Shown here in pieces: positions 1-13,561 of a stretch of DNA of 64,000 bases; the stretch's first letter is position 1; every line of letters begins with the position of its first letter. Source of the DNA: Octopus sinensis (taxonomy: Eukaryota); NCBI RefSeq assembly GCF_006345805.1, contig NC_042999.1, positions 92,194,001 to 92,258,000 on the forward strand. The letters are read 5' to 3'. The notes under the pieces were generated by a model. It did not search any database. It had not been told where the DNA came from and saw only the letters and a program-made list of their open reading frames with translations. The translations under genes were made by a program, and so were the position numbers.

Positions 1-480
1 ACAGTAGGGAGCACAAGAAGGTCAACATAAACAGTGAGATTTGTATTACTACAGTAAAGTGTAAGTGAAAAGGTATAAATAAAATACACTCTATTACATT
101 GCAATTTACCAAAACAATCATTTAAGAAATCACTACAAAGTCCTGTTCGCAACTCAGAAAGATAATTTCAAGATCCTTAATAAATTATACAAAGCTTCTT
201 AAACCTTAATCATGAAGCTATACAATATAATGCCTACTTACCTGCTGTTTCAGTCATTCAGTATCTCTTTGGTGCAACTCAATGTTCTGAGATCCAGATT
301 CCCACTTTTTCTTGTATGTAATCTTCTTTTTCAGCAGATGATGATGGCAACTTCTTCATGTGTAAAGATCATGAGGAAGAGTAGCACATTCTCAAGCCGT
401 TATGTAAACTAATCCGTGATGCTACAGGGCTGTTCTTCCTGTCTACATTCAATAGTTTCAAGGTGAAAGTCAGTCTACAT

Positions 481-685
481 CAGTGGTTCCCAATCTGGGG
501 TCCACAAAGGTCCCCCTGATGGTCCACAAAGGTAATGCTGGGGTTCTGTGAACTAAATTCAAAATTTCATATATATATATATATATATATATAAGCATAA
601 GGATAAGCATATTAAAAGGGATCTGTGGGAAAACTCATTTAAATAAAAAGGCTGGGAGCCACCCTGAGAAGGTTTAGAACCACTG
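481..685. mobile_element. Non-autonomous hAT (Charlie/MER5-like) MITE
   Basis: Terminal inverted repeats CAGTGGTTCCCAA / TTTAGAACCACTG; 8-bp flanking duplication GTCTACAT (473-480) / GTCTACAC (686-693); internal (TA)n. Confidence 0.8.
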
Positions 686-1497
686 GTCTACACAATTCAA
701 TACCACTCTTTAGACTTGACCACAGTGACTCAGTGGGCTAAAAAGGAAGCAGTGACCAGCAAGCTGTAGGTTTTATTTGGGATTGGTCTTCTCCTAGATG
801 GATTGCCTTTCAGAGCTGGAGAGCTTCACCTACCTTGGAGTTGCAGGAAAGGGGTCCAAGAGGACACCAAATACTTGAGGGATTCCATTCTTTGATTTAC
901 TGCTGAGGTAATCCCCTAGTTTTTCCTTTCCTAAGGCACTCAAAGCAGTGAGGATTTGTGCTTGTAGTTTCTTTCATAACATATTAAAACATAGCTGGGA
1001 CTCTAACAGGTGTTACTACTCTGGGTCAGAGTAGATCTGGAAACAACAGTGGCTAAGAGGTGGTTCCACGTTCCTCAAAACCCTGGAACTCATGAACCAG
1101 GGGCCCACAACTGGATTCAGTTTAAAGTCATACCCAGGACATTTTCAGCATATATACTCTAGCAAATGGACTCCTTTGTTAAACATTCATTGTTATTTGC
1201 ATCACATCTCTATACGAGTGCAGCTGTCTCATCTTCACTCATCAACTGATATGTCTAATTCAACAGTTACACTTTAGTTGACATGTACTTATTTGTGAAT
1301 AATTGTTGTCAACCTGATCAACATGAGCATGAGAAGATATGTAGATGTTACATGATACACACAAGATAAGCAAACTTAGATATATCTTCAACTAATACAA
1401 TAAAATACAGTATGTATACTGTTTCTCTCTTAAATTTTGTTTCTTTCTTTTTGTGATTCAAACTACACTTTCTTGCTGTGTACTTTGAATGGATATA

Positions 1498-2769
1498 TCA
1501 GGTCATCCCATAATTTCTGTCCGAATTTTGAATAAAGAAAACAAGTGATCAAATGTGATATTTAATTGAAATTTAATCATCAATGTACTTTCCCTGATTA
1601 TCTATGACTTCCTTCCATTGACTTACAAGCTTTTTAATCCCATCAATGTAAAACTCTTTTGGTTTCAAAGCAAAGAACTCTGAAATATCAGTTTCAACCT
1701 CCTCCTGGCTTGCGAAATTTATGTCCCCCAAATGATTCTGTAAACTACGAAACAAATGGTAGTCTGAAGGAGCAAGGTTGGGAGAATAAGGTGGATGAGG
1801 AGGATTTTCCCAACCAAGCTCTTTGATCTTCTGTGATGTGATTTTTGCAGTGTTGGGTCGCACATTGTCCTGATGAAACATCACTCCTTTTTGATTCACC
1901 AAAGGGGATCTTTTTTTCTTCAAAGCATGGTTCAAAGACTCTATTGCTGACAGTAGACTTGAGCATTGATTGTTGCATTAGGTGGTAACAATTCAAAGTG
2001 AATTACTCCTTTGCAATCCCACCAGAAAGAGAGAACCTTTTTACCATGAAGTTCCTTTCTCGGTTGTGGTTGAGCTTTTTCCCTTTAACCAAGCCACTGT
2101 TTATGACGTTTCACATTTCGATAGAAGATCCATTTTTTGTCACCAGTCACAAGTCTATCCAAAAAGGGTGAAATGAATTTGCAAGAATGGAGAGAAGAGC
2201 AGATGTCAACTCAGGATTTGTGGTTGCTTTTGAACAGTTCATGAGGCACCCATTTTCAAAGTTTAGGAACCTTTCCAGGTTCTTGAAGATGATGATGAAT
2301 AGTTGGATGGTTTAAACTAAGCTTTATTGCCAATTCTTCAACTGATAATGCAGGATTTTTTTAAGTAATGCCTCAAGGAGCTTATCATCAAACTCAATTG
2401 GATGTCCCGTTTGATCTACATCTTCAAGGTTGAAATATCTACTTCTGAATTTTGCAAACCATCTTCTGCAAGTTCTTTCATTCAAGCATTCTTTCCCATA
2501 AACTGAGTGTATGTTTCAAATCACTTCGGCTGAAAAGTTTCCTTTTTTGTACCCATGAAGCATTATGTGCCTCAAATGCTCTTTGGATACTTCCATGTTA
2601 GAAAGGGTTTTAATCAAAGAAATTTTAATTCTATTATTCTGTAAAATAATATTTAATACCCAAATGCATTAAAATAATTTTTTAATTCCATTAGACATTC
2701 TAAAATTCTATTAAATTTCATTCAATTTTAAAAAAGGTAAAATCAGACAGAACTTATAGAATGACCTGA
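1498..2769 (-). mobile_element. Mariner transposon, full-length but inactive (transposase pseudogene ~1573-2596)
   Basis: TIRs TCAGGTCATCCCATAA / TTATAGAATGACCTGA with TA flanks. Minus-strand MEVSKEHLRHIML start at 2596; C-terminal HQDNVRPNT, HPPYSPNLAPSDYHLF and GKYIDD motifs; frameshifted. Confidence 0.95.
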
Positions 2770-2804
2770 TATTTTATCAAACACAAGTATGTGGTATAGG
2801 CCAA

Positions 2805-2941
2805 GACATGGCTGTGCAGTTAAGAAGCTTGCTTCCCAACAATGTGGTCCCAGGTTCAGTCTAACTGTACATCACCTTGAGTGTCTTCTACTGTAGCCCT
2901 GGGATGACCAAAGTTTTGTAACTGGAAACCGAAAGAAGCCC
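2805..2941 (+). mobile_element. tRNA-derived SINE (family A), followed by (GATA)n(GACA)n microsatellite to ~3077
   Basis: AAGAAGCTTGCTTCCCAAC...CCAGGTTCAGTC head and GAAAGAAGCCC end, shared with copies at ~14240, ~42260, ~53830 and ~57350. Confidence 0.75.
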
Positions 2942-2956
2942 AACACACACATACAC

Positions 2957-3059
<103 letters not shown>

Positions 3060-4249
3060 GGACAGACAGACAGATAGATGTAGGAGCACACATGTATGTG
3101 TTTGTGTACAGTTGTAGATAAGCATCATCACATAGCAAATTCTTTTGCTTCCAGTCTTCAATGAAAAACATATCTAGCAATGAGAAAATAGTTTGCTAAC
3201 AAGAAGGGCATCTGGCCATAGAAAATCAGCCTCAACATATTCCATGTGACTGAGGAAATCATGTGAAAGTGGATATTAAATGAACACTACACTGTTGTTT
3301 AAAAGCAGGTCAGCCCAGATGAGCAAACTATGACCATAGATATTCCAGTTAAAACTATCCTGTCCTTTCATATATCCAAGTCTACTTTGTTTGAGTGTTT
3401 CCATTTTTTTAAAACAGTAAAGTGTGATTTTGAGGAAAATTTGACTTCTATTTCTAGTAAGTTAATTAATCATATAATATTCCCTCATTGTTAAATTATC
3501 ATTAGATATAATAAGCTGAAAGTAAAAGTCATACAAACAAAAAATGTGATAAAGGCCAAATAAAGCACAGTTAAAGCTTTTCTTATTTACTTTATACAAA
3601 GAAACAAACTAAATTTATGACAGAGAACTGTACTACACAATTCTTGTAAACATGTGTCAAATACTTGGAACTGTTCAGGAGTGAATGATTATGTTTTGAT
3701 ACAGTAGCAAGTAATTTAACTGTGAAAAGGATAGAAAATAGTAAGTGCAAATGAGATTTAATATTTACAAAAAAAAAAAACTGGAAAGAAAATAATAGAA
3801 AATACAAAAGAAACATTAAATCTACATGCATAGTGTTATGACAAAATACACATTTTACATCACCTATAATTTACTGCAATCTAAAATGATTACAGTTTTT
3901 ATTTAACACTTGCATCTCATAAACTATTTATCAGCAAAGATGTAAAATTTAGTTTTCTCAAAGAAATAATGTATATTATTTCCTGAGAAATAAAATCCCC
4001 AAAGAAAACATAATGGAATTTTACTTGAAATGTGGAATATTATTATAAACAGGAAGTATGTGGAGTTATATTGCCTTTAAAGTTAGAGCAAATATCATAA
4101 ATAATTGCAACAAAACAATATCATTATTTCAAATATGTATTTTAAGAAATCTATTTGGTATATAATTATAAAGGTGCAAGTGTATGTGTGTGTTTATATG
4201 GTGTTTGTTTATTGTGCTGTGCATATGCATGTTTGTTTCTGTGTACTCT

Positions 4250-4261
<12 letters not shown>

Positions 4262-4285
<24 letters not shown>

Positions 4286-4979
4286 TGTACTGAATGACAT
4301 ACATGAAAATTTTCCTCTTAGGTGAAAAGCAAAATAAAAATCCCATAGGTAATGTTAGCAACTCTCAAGAATGAGAGAGAGAGAGACATAGTTTCAAGAA
4401 TTTAAGAATTGATATCACAAAATTAAGTCTACAGACAAAAGGAACACCTATGCGTATGTTTTGGTTTTATTGAACCATATCAGTATAGCAATGTATACTC
4501 CAGAGGTTCTCAATTGTCTTTGTTAAAAGTGCAAGCATGAATGATTGACTAAGAAGTTTACTTAGCAACCATGTGATTTCAGGTCCAGTCTCACAAGCTG
4601 TGTATGAGTGCATGTGTGTGTGTGTGTGTGGTGTGTGTGTGTGTGTGTGTGTGATGTACTGAATGACATACATGAAAATTTTCCTCTTAGGTGAAAAGCA
4701 AAATAAAAATCCCATAGGTAATGTTAGCAACTCTCAAGAATGAGAGAGAGCGAGACATAGTTTCAAGAATTTAAGAATTGATATCACAAAATTAAGTCTA
4801 CAGACAAAAGGAACACCTATGCGTATGTTTTGGTTTTATTGAACCATATCAGTATAGCAATGTATACTCCAGAGGTTCTCAATTGTCTTTGTTAAAAGTG
4901 CAAGCATGAATGATTGACTAAGAAGTTTACTTAGCAACCATGTGATTTCAGGTCCAGTCTCACAAGCTGTGTATGAGTG

Positions 4980-5010
<31 letters not shown>
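4262..5010. repeat. Direct tandem duplication of ~369 bp bounded by (TG)n tracts
   Basis: GATGTACTGAATGAC starts at 4284 and 4653; the copies are near-identical apart from the GA/TG microsatellites. Confidence 0.9.
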
Positions 5011-5016
<6 letters not shown>

Positions 5017-5107
5017 GTATACATATACATACATGTACATGTATGCATCTTTAAGAAAATTATACAATTGCTGGCCAAAACTTGTTATAACCCTTTTATT
5101 CATACAG

Positions 5108-5141
<34 letters not shown>

Positions 5142-5147
5142 TATAAT

Positions 5148-5388
5148 ACAATGGGCTATATATCTGTTGTAATTTAGTCATCCATAGTCTGATAATATTT
5201 CGGAATAAAATTCTTTCTTCAGATATACTTAGATGGAGTCGCTGCTATAATCGGTTTTCCAACTGCTTTTCTTTTGGAAAACCGATTTTAGCAGCGACTC
5301 CATCTAAGAATATCTGAAGAAGGAATTTTATTCCGAAATATTATCAGACTATGGATGACTAAATTACCACAGGTATATAGCCCATTGT
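5148..5388. repeat. Fold-back (palindromic) element with a hammerhead-like core in each arm
   Basis: ~115-bp imperfect inverted arms around a ~12-nt loop. CTGAAGA-A-GGAA-tttta-TTCC-GAAA at 5314-5338 (+) and its mirror at ~5198-5222 (-). Confidence 0.8.
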
Positions 5389-5694
5389 TTGCAGTGCATT
5401 GTTGTACCATTCAAAATTTTTTATCCTCTACAAGCAATACATAATGCTTCAAGCAAACTACAATACTCTCCTATATATATATATCCATATTTTGCTTAAG
5501 CATTGTGATACTAAAAACCCGGTGTAGAACTCAATATACATATGCTTCAGAATGAAGTTTAGTTGAGTTCAGAGCAGTAATAAGAAATTGAGATGACAAA
5601 GGAATAAACAATAAGCTTTAGTTCATGACACAATGAATTGTTTAGTCCTTTGTCATTTCAATTTCTTCTTATATATATAATGATAATAATAATA

Positions 5695-6252
5695 AATGCC
5701 CTGATGCAGTACCAAGCAGTGGCTCTCATGGCTTCTGATTTTAACTGATTGGAAATGTTATCATGTACATTGTTTTGTCTTGGTATAAAAGATGGGCTAC
5801 AGCAAATATTCTGCTCAATACCACAGGTTTGCTTGTCAGTTGTTTGACCTTAACCAGTTGAGCATGTCCCTTAGTGGCTGACAATATGTGCATCTCTGAT
5901 CACGAGCGGAAGTAGTGGGGGAGCATCATAGCCATGTGTTGAGAGGGATTCTATGGAGTTTGAATAATTCACCTCTGGAAACATAGGTGTTTCGTTCAAC
6001 ATCCTTAAACAACCCTTATTCAAGGACCTTTTGAGCGGGATGGGTTACTCGACCAGAAGAATATTCTAACTGGGCGCCACCTGCAAGGTCATGTGCTGTT
6101 TATCTTCATATGAGATCACCATGTCGCGCACATATGGTTGTGATGCATGTGCCTGGTGTACCCTTATCAGACGGGTCGTCATGATGGGTATACTGGGCTT
6201 CGTATATTTTACCCCAGTGTCACTTTGATGGCATGAACTGCTCTCTAACTCA
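5695..6252. mobile_element. Unclassified ~560-bp interspersed repeat flanked by (TAA)n-like tracts
   Basis: Homologous along its length to the inverted copy at 31239-32160; no ORF. Confidence 0.75.
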
Positions 6253-6516
6253 ATAATAATAATATGAGGGAATATTTTTCCAAACTTACAGGGAAAAATT
6301 CAATTTAGAAATACTAAATCAAATTTCACAAAATATAATATATATATATATATATAAATTAGAAAAAAAAAAACACCTTTCATCAATTCAATAATGAAAA
6401 ATTAAATTATACCATATAGAAAAATTACGTATTATAGAAAGGTTAAATATAAGATAAAATATATAACGATGATTAAATAATGTGCAAAATATTAAATAAA
6501 ATGTATATATTTGGTA

Positions 6517-6627
6517 CAAAATTGATACGTATTTCGTGGCCTATATTTAAGAAATGATAATAGTCAAAATAATAGTAGTAGTAGTAAAATCACTTCAGTA
6601 TAAATATAGCCACTCTTCAGGTTAAAG
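6517..6627 (-). ncRNA. Degenerate type I hammerhead ribozyme motif (stem I eroded)
   Basis: Minus strand: CTGAAGA-GTGGCTATATTTA...TAAATATAGGCCAC-GAAA-TACGTA-TC. Stem II (~13 bp) and palindromic stem III are intact; the stem I strands do not pair. Confidence 0.55.
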
Positions 6628-7499
6628 ATAACAACAATAATAAAATAATTAATTAGATAAATTAATAAATATACGTAAATAATCTTGTAAAGTATGAAAT
6701 ATCTTAACAAATGTATCCTTGTTTAAAAATAAGATACAATTATATGCATGTTTGTATGTATATATGTGTATGTGTATACATATGCATGTGCATATATGTA
6801 TCACTGTGGTTTCCCCTAAGCTGCACAACTGGTGTTGGTTCATTTACATTAACACACTTCTTCACCCAAAATGTAAAAGTTCGTGTAAGATCCTTCTTAG
6901 CTTAATGGATAAACACTTTACTGGCAGTCACAACTCACTCAGACTTTTGGTATAAGAAACACAATCATTAATAGAATTCCATCTCTTATTTGATGGCTTT
7001 GTTTAGTTTTATAGCACCAAAAACTGGGATGACAACGATCACTATTTTTTTTCTGATGAGTGTAGTCTTAAGTAATCTGACAAACTAATAACTTGTGTGA
7101 AACCAACAGGTAAGATCATCAGAAATGGATCTATAATCCAATATACCTTGATCAACACACACACATGCACACGCATGCATGCACAGGCACACACACACAC
7201 ACAAAAACATACTGACACACACACACAAGATATTCAAAGTTGTGACAAATTGATTTCTGCGCTTTGAAAAAAATAAACTTTACAGCTTTAACTATTTTTC
7301 TACTCTCTATACACCCAAACACATATATCCTCAATCCATGCAAGTATGGAAAATGTGATGTAAAATTATAATACATAAGTCTTACCCTCAAGATGTTGAA
7401 TCATGTTTCAAATTGCATTTTAATAACTCCTCCAAAAGAATATGCATCCAGAACATGCTCTTGTTTGCTTTTGCTATCTTGTGGTATGCCTGCCCTCCC

Positions 7500-10400
7500 A
7501 CCCCAAGCACCTGTACCAGAAGTCCCTATCCTCTGCCATCCTTTGGTTGTCTCTCATAAACATTTCTAAAGGCTTAACACCATCCCCACCCTTACTTAGG
7601 GTTTATCACCTATGTAAGGTAGTGATCATATAGTGCATAAACATGATGGTGTAGTACATGCAGGTTGAAGGCTATTGTTTGTTTATGAATTCTGCTAAAT
7701 GCAAGCTTTCTTTTCAGGTACATGATGCTGCTGTCCCCCATCCCACGGTCTCATGGGTTCACACCTCCCACACCCTAAGAGTTGGCACACTCAACGTGAG
7801 CACACTGAAAGGTAGTTCTGGTGAGATTGTTGAGATGCTTGAACAGAGACGTGTAGATTTGTGCTGCCTCCAAGAAGTAAGGTGGAGAGGAGGTTTCGCT
7901 AGGTTCCTCACAAGCAAAGAACACAGGTACAAGATTTTCTGGGCAGGGAACACTGATGAGGTTAGGGGCGTGGGTATACTTCTTGCAGAGAAATGGGTTG
8001 ATAAGGTAATCGAGGTAGTCAGAGTATGTGATAGAATACCTAAGATTAGTGTTACATCATGGGTTAGCAACCATTATCTCAGCCTATGCTTCTCAGCCAG
8101 GGCTACCTGATGGACAGAAAGACCGATTTTATGACATCCTCTTGCAGACTACCTCATTGACAAATGACAGGGACCTTCCCTTTGTGGCTGGCAACTTCAA
8201 TGGACATGTTGGACAACATGCAGGGGGCTTCAATGGTGTACATGGAAGCTATAGTTTTGGTTCACACAATAAGGAGGGAACCAGGCTGCTGGAGTTCTGC
8301 AATGCGAAAACCTGCCTAGTCATCTACTGTTCTGGCAGACACACTAGCCAAATTGACTACATCCTCACCAGAAAAAGGGAAAGATGGCTGCTTATAAACG
8401 CCAAAACCTTCCCAGGCAAAGAATGTACCCCACAACATAGACTAGTAGTTACCAACTTCAGTATTAGGGCTAAATGGATGCCCAGAAGACAACCAGCATT
8501 GAGGAGAAGGGTCTGGAAGCTTCAAGATCCTGCGAATGGATAGAGATTTAGAGGTGTATTACTGGAAGCCTTTAAAAAAATAGAGGAGGATATAGCATCA
8601 CATGATGTGGAAGACAACTTGAGCTTTCTACGCGACAACCTGCAGAGGGCCACTGAGCAGATCTGTGGATGGTGCAAAGTTCCCTCTCAGCCCAAGGTAT
8701 CATGGTGGTGGAACAATGTTGTTGACAGGGATATTAAGGAAAAGAAACAGGCTTGGAAGGACTTGAAGAACAGTGTTAGAAGGGAATTGTATCAGACTTC
8801 CAGAAGGGCAGCTAGGAGACAGGTTTATTTAGCCAGAGAGGAAGCAGATAAGAAAAAAATTTGCTAACGTTCTGCACCATGAGGACCAAAGACTTGAGGT
8901 GTTTTGTGTTGCAAGACAGTGTGTGAGAGAGAACCGTGATGTCGTAGGAGAGAAATGTGTTCGCATGGATGATGGTTCACTTGCATTAAACAAGGCTGCA
9001 AAGAGAGAGGTTTGGAGACACCATTATGAAAGGTTGCTCACTAAAGAGAATGAATGGGAGAAAGAGAGTCTGCCGGATGTTGACCCAAGAGAGGGATCAG
9101 CTAGACGAATTGACAGTACCTTGGTAGATAAAGCAATTAAGGGTATGAAGACGGAAAGTTTCTGGCCCATCAGGAATCACCACAGAGATGCTCAAAATAT
9201 CTGGCAGTGTTGGCTATAGCCTAGTCACCCATATATTAAACCAGCTGAGACATGAAGGAGTCATACCCAATGACTGGTGTAGCAGCACAAGTCAACTGCT
9301 ACAAAGGTAAAGGTGACGCTTTAGATACAAATAATTACAGAGGGATCAAGTTGTTGGATCAGGTAATGAAGGTCACGGAGAGGGTCATAGCCCAACTAAT
9401 TAGGAAGAGAATCAGTTTAGATGAGATGCAGTTTGGGTTCGTGCCAAGGAAAAGCACCACTGATGTTATATTTCTGGTAAGACAGCTGTAAGAGATATAC
9501 CTAGCCAAAGATAAACCTCTGTATCTGGCTTTCGTTGACATGGAGAAAGCCTTTGACAGGGTCCCCCAATACTTTATCTAGTGGTCAATGAGAAAACTAG
9601 GGATAGATGAATGGTTAGTGAGAGCTGTGCAAGCCATGTACAGGGATGCAGTCAGTAAGGTGAGGTTTAGCAATGGATACAGTGAAGAATTCCAGTTAGG
9701 GGTAGGGGTCCACCAAGGATCAGTCCTCAGCCCCTTCTTATTCATCATAGTCCTCCATGCAATTACAGAGGAATTCAAGACAGGGTGCCCCTGGGAGCTC
9801 CTCTATGCTGATGAACTTGCTCTAATTGCTGAGTCCCTACCAGAACTAGAGGAAAAGTTTCAGGTGCGGAAGCAAGGATTAGAATCGAAGGGCCTTAGAG
9901 TCAACCTAGCTAAAACCAAAGTCTTAATAAGTAGAAAGGCAGACAAACCACAAATCCCTTCATGTAGATGGCCCTGCTCGATCTGTAGAAAAGGCATAGG
10001 TAGAAACTCCATAAAATGTACCTAGTGTAAGCTATGGACACATAAGAGGTGCAGCAATATCAAAGGGGGAAGATAGTTTTTTTTTATGTGGCAAATACTC
10101 AGGTGCTATAAACACTGAAAATGTGCAGAGAACAGCTTCTGTCACATTCCAGGGAGAAAAACTAGGAATAGTTGATAGCTTCCATTACCTCGGAGATCAA
10201 GTTAGTAGCAAGGGTGGATGCTCTGAAAGTGTAGCTGTTAGAATAAGAATTGTCTCAGGAAAGTTCAGAGAATTCCTACCTCTGCTGGTGACAGGGCCTC
10301 TCACTCAGAGTAAAAAGTAGACCGTATGACACATGTGTATGAACAGCCATGCTACATGACAGTGAAACATGGGTTGTGACTGCTGAGGACATGCATAAGC

Positions 10401-11510
10401 TTGCAAGGAATGAAGCCAGTATGCTCCGCTTGATGTGTAATGTCAGAATGCATACACGATAGAGTGTAAGCGCCCTGAGAGAAAAGTTGGATTTAAGAAG
10501 CATCAGATGTGGTGTGCAAGAGAGATAACTGCGCTGGTATGGTCATGTGTTGTGAATGAATGAGGACAGCTGTGTGAAAAAGTGTCACACCCTAGCAGTT
10601 AAGGGAACCTGTGGAAGAGGTAGACCCAGGAAGACCTGGGATGAGGTGGTGAAGCACAACCTCCGAACACTGGGCCTTACCAAGGCAATGACTAGTGACC
10701 GAGACCTTTGGAGATATGCTGTGCTTGGAGAAGTGACGAGCCAAGTGAGACCATAGCTCATGGCCTATGCTAGTGAGTGTAACCAGCCCACTTATCGATA
10801 CCCCTCATTCATTGGACAATAAATTTTGCTTGTGAAGACCTATTGAGGCAAGTGAAATCAAAATCAAAATCACTGACGTGGCTGATGACAGTACTGCCTA
10901 ATTGGCACTCGTGCCAGTGGAATGTTGAGAGCACATCCAGTGGGGTGTAACCGGCCCACTTATGAGTACCCCTCATTCATTAGACAATGAACTTTGCTTG
11001 CGAAGACCTATTGCGGTATGTGTAAACAAATCAAAATTGCTGACGTGGCCGATGGCAGTACTGCTTGATTGGCACTCATGCCATTGGAATGTTAAAAGCA
11101 CATCCGAGAGTGATCGTTTCCAGAGCCATGCCGGTGACACATGAAAAGCACCATTTGAGCATGATCATTGCCAGTGTTGCCTTACTGGCACATGAAAAAC
11201 AACATTCGAGAATGGTCGTTGCCAGTGCTGCCAGACTGGATCCTGTGCAGGTAGCATATAAAAACACCTTTTGAATGTGGTCGTTGCCAGAACCGCATGA
11301 CTGGCCCTCATGCCGGTGGCACGTTAAAGCACCCACTACACTCTCAGAGTGGTTGGTGTTAGGAAGGGCATCCAGCTGTAGAAACTTTGCCAGATCAGAT
11401 TGAGCTTGGTGCAGCCTCTGGCTCACCAGTCCCCAGTCAAACCGTCCAACCCATGCCAGCATGGAAAGTGAACGTTAAATGATGACGATGATGATGATAA
11501 TGATGATGAT
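7500..11510 (+). mobile_element. Near full-length RTE-clade LINE, decayed (APE endonuclease + RT + cysteine-rich insert + long 3'UTR + (GAT)n tail)
   Basis: LRVGTLNV...DLCCLQEVRW (APE); NYRGIKLL, QFGFVP, GVHQGSVLSP and LLYADEL (RT); WPCSICRKGIGRNSIKC finger. Many stops and frameshifts; tail at ~11480-11510. The 5' boundary is approximate. Confidence 0.95.
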
Positions 11511-12595
11511 ACTTCTCATCATTTCATATGATTCTTCTTCTCTCAAACTCATCAACCGTATTGAGAGATAGCTATCATTCTCTAATATTCTGTAGACTTA
11601 ACATTTTCATATATTTGTGTAGTGAGCATATCTGTATGCTTGAAAAGAAAGGAAACAGAACAATAAAACTAACGACAGAGAGAAGCTTCAACTTTGAATA
11701 GAAGTTTTGAATACCATTTTAGTCTTATTTATAAATCCAAATGCACAAATATATGAAGGCATTCTAGCCATAAACATCACACTGTTTCATGTGTGCAGTG
11801 GACCCAGGAACACATGAAATGTGTCCTGTTCTAAAATAGTGCAGTGTGGTATGGTTGCTATTTCTAGCAGGTCAAGCAATCATGTAAAGACTTCCTTGTT
11901 GACTCATGCATCCATGTATTTTTATGGTCTATATGAATGTGTCTGTGAGTGTATGTACTTTTGTGTATACGTTAAGTATATATAATTGACAACAACACTG
12001 TTCCAGTTTTAATACTTTTATTAATAATTTTCATATTTAACATTTATATGAAATCCATTTGAGAAATAAAAAAAACTCTGAGATAGGGAATTTAATTAAT
12101 GGCTACAATAGCAGCCAACTTTCAATTAAAATATATCAACTCTATATCTTCAGTACTCTTTATTTTGTTTGTAGTTTTGTATTACAAAAAGGAACATTCA
12201 ATATTTAAAAACAAATTTAAATCATTCTATAATTACAATATGGAATCAATTATATCATGTTACTTTGAGTTTCTGATAAACTCCTCTGAAAATTCTAATA
12301 TTGAATCAAATGTATACCACCGCTGACTTAAAATCTTCAGATTTATCTCAACCTGGTCTCAACAATTCTATAAATATAGCAGGTTTACTCTGCAGAAGTA
12401 AGCCTAATTCCATCACGGAATTGCTGAAAGTAGGTAAAAGTATGTCTGATGATTTTTAAAACCAGTGGTAGTATAGATTTTATTCAATTCAATATGAATT
12501 TTCACTGGGGATTTTCAAACTTAGAGTATCATGTTTTAACTGATTACATAACATAGTGATACCTATAAACAGTACTTTTGAACTTGTATGAATTC

Positions 12596-12606
12596 ATATA
12601 ACAATA

Positions 12607-12661
<55 letters not shown>

Positions 12662-12753
12662 TACATACATATATACATATATATATATTATATATATACA
12701 TATATACATACATATATATATATTATATATATATATATTATATATATACATAT

Positions 12754-12790
<37 letters not shown>
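12596..12790. repeat. Complex (TA)n/(TATACA)n microsatellite
   Basis: Direct reading of the sequence. Confidence 0.95.
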
Positions 12791-13390
12791 CAAATATGAT
12801 ATGATATATAAAATAGTATAATATATTGTAATGCAATATAATGTGAAACAAATTGGTTTATTTTACTATTCATCCTCATAAACAAATTAAAGTATTGTAA
12901 ATCCTCCTTAAAATATCTATGTGAACTAACAGTATACATATTTCCATTCTGATATATTTACAAAGAGAACAAATATATTAATGTTAACTTGTGGGTATTT
13001 ACTACATTTTTTAATGAAGCAAAAAATGACATTTGGACAAACAAAATGCATTTGTGTGCATTTTCATGTGTGTTACAGTAAAACAGACTAGTGAATCAGT
13101 AAATAACTTGACAGATAATGGTAATAAACAAGGGTATAAATCACTTTATACAGGTATTTTTTCCCTCCTAGCACCCATAATTCATTTTCTGTTATTATAC
13201 TCCTAATATTGAGGTGAATGAAAATAAATACAATGCAACGTCAACATAAAAATCACATATTATGACATGTAACATCAGCAACATTAAAATCACTTATTAG
13301 CATATTATCACATGTAGCAACATTCATTCTCAAAAAGAATGCATGTAGCATATGCAAAGAACTAAAACAGGAAACACATCATATCAAAAG

Positions 13391-13561
13391 CTATTTAGAA
13401 AATTTGATGAAATCACATGCATCTGTGAAGTCAAAATCCCATGAATTGACTTCTTTATATTGGTTTTTATATTTAGAAGAACGTTTTTTGCTAAAAGAAA
13501 TCTCCTTTGATGGCTGAAATAAAGATCTCTGCTTTGCCTTAGTTTCTTCTGTAATGGGTGC
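13391..13561 (-). CDS. M1AP: M1AP-like gene, terminal coding exon (APITEETK...WDFDFTDACDFIKFSK*)
   Basis: Pyrimidine-rich acceptor ...TTTATTCTAG; phase 0 and in frame with the 14056-14169 exon; 56 codons plus TAG. This exon has no recognisable homology by itself and is assigned by splice-phase continuity. Confidence 0.65.
   Translation of the reverse strand, partial: APITEETKAKQRSLFQPSKEISFSKKRSSKYKNQYKEVNSWDFDFTDACDFIKFSK

Noticed and set aside
7048-7118. CTGATGA...GAAA-CC-aaca-GG-TA hammerhead-like spacing
   Set aside because: Stem II would be almost all G-U pairs and stem I only 3 weak pairs; consistent with chance.
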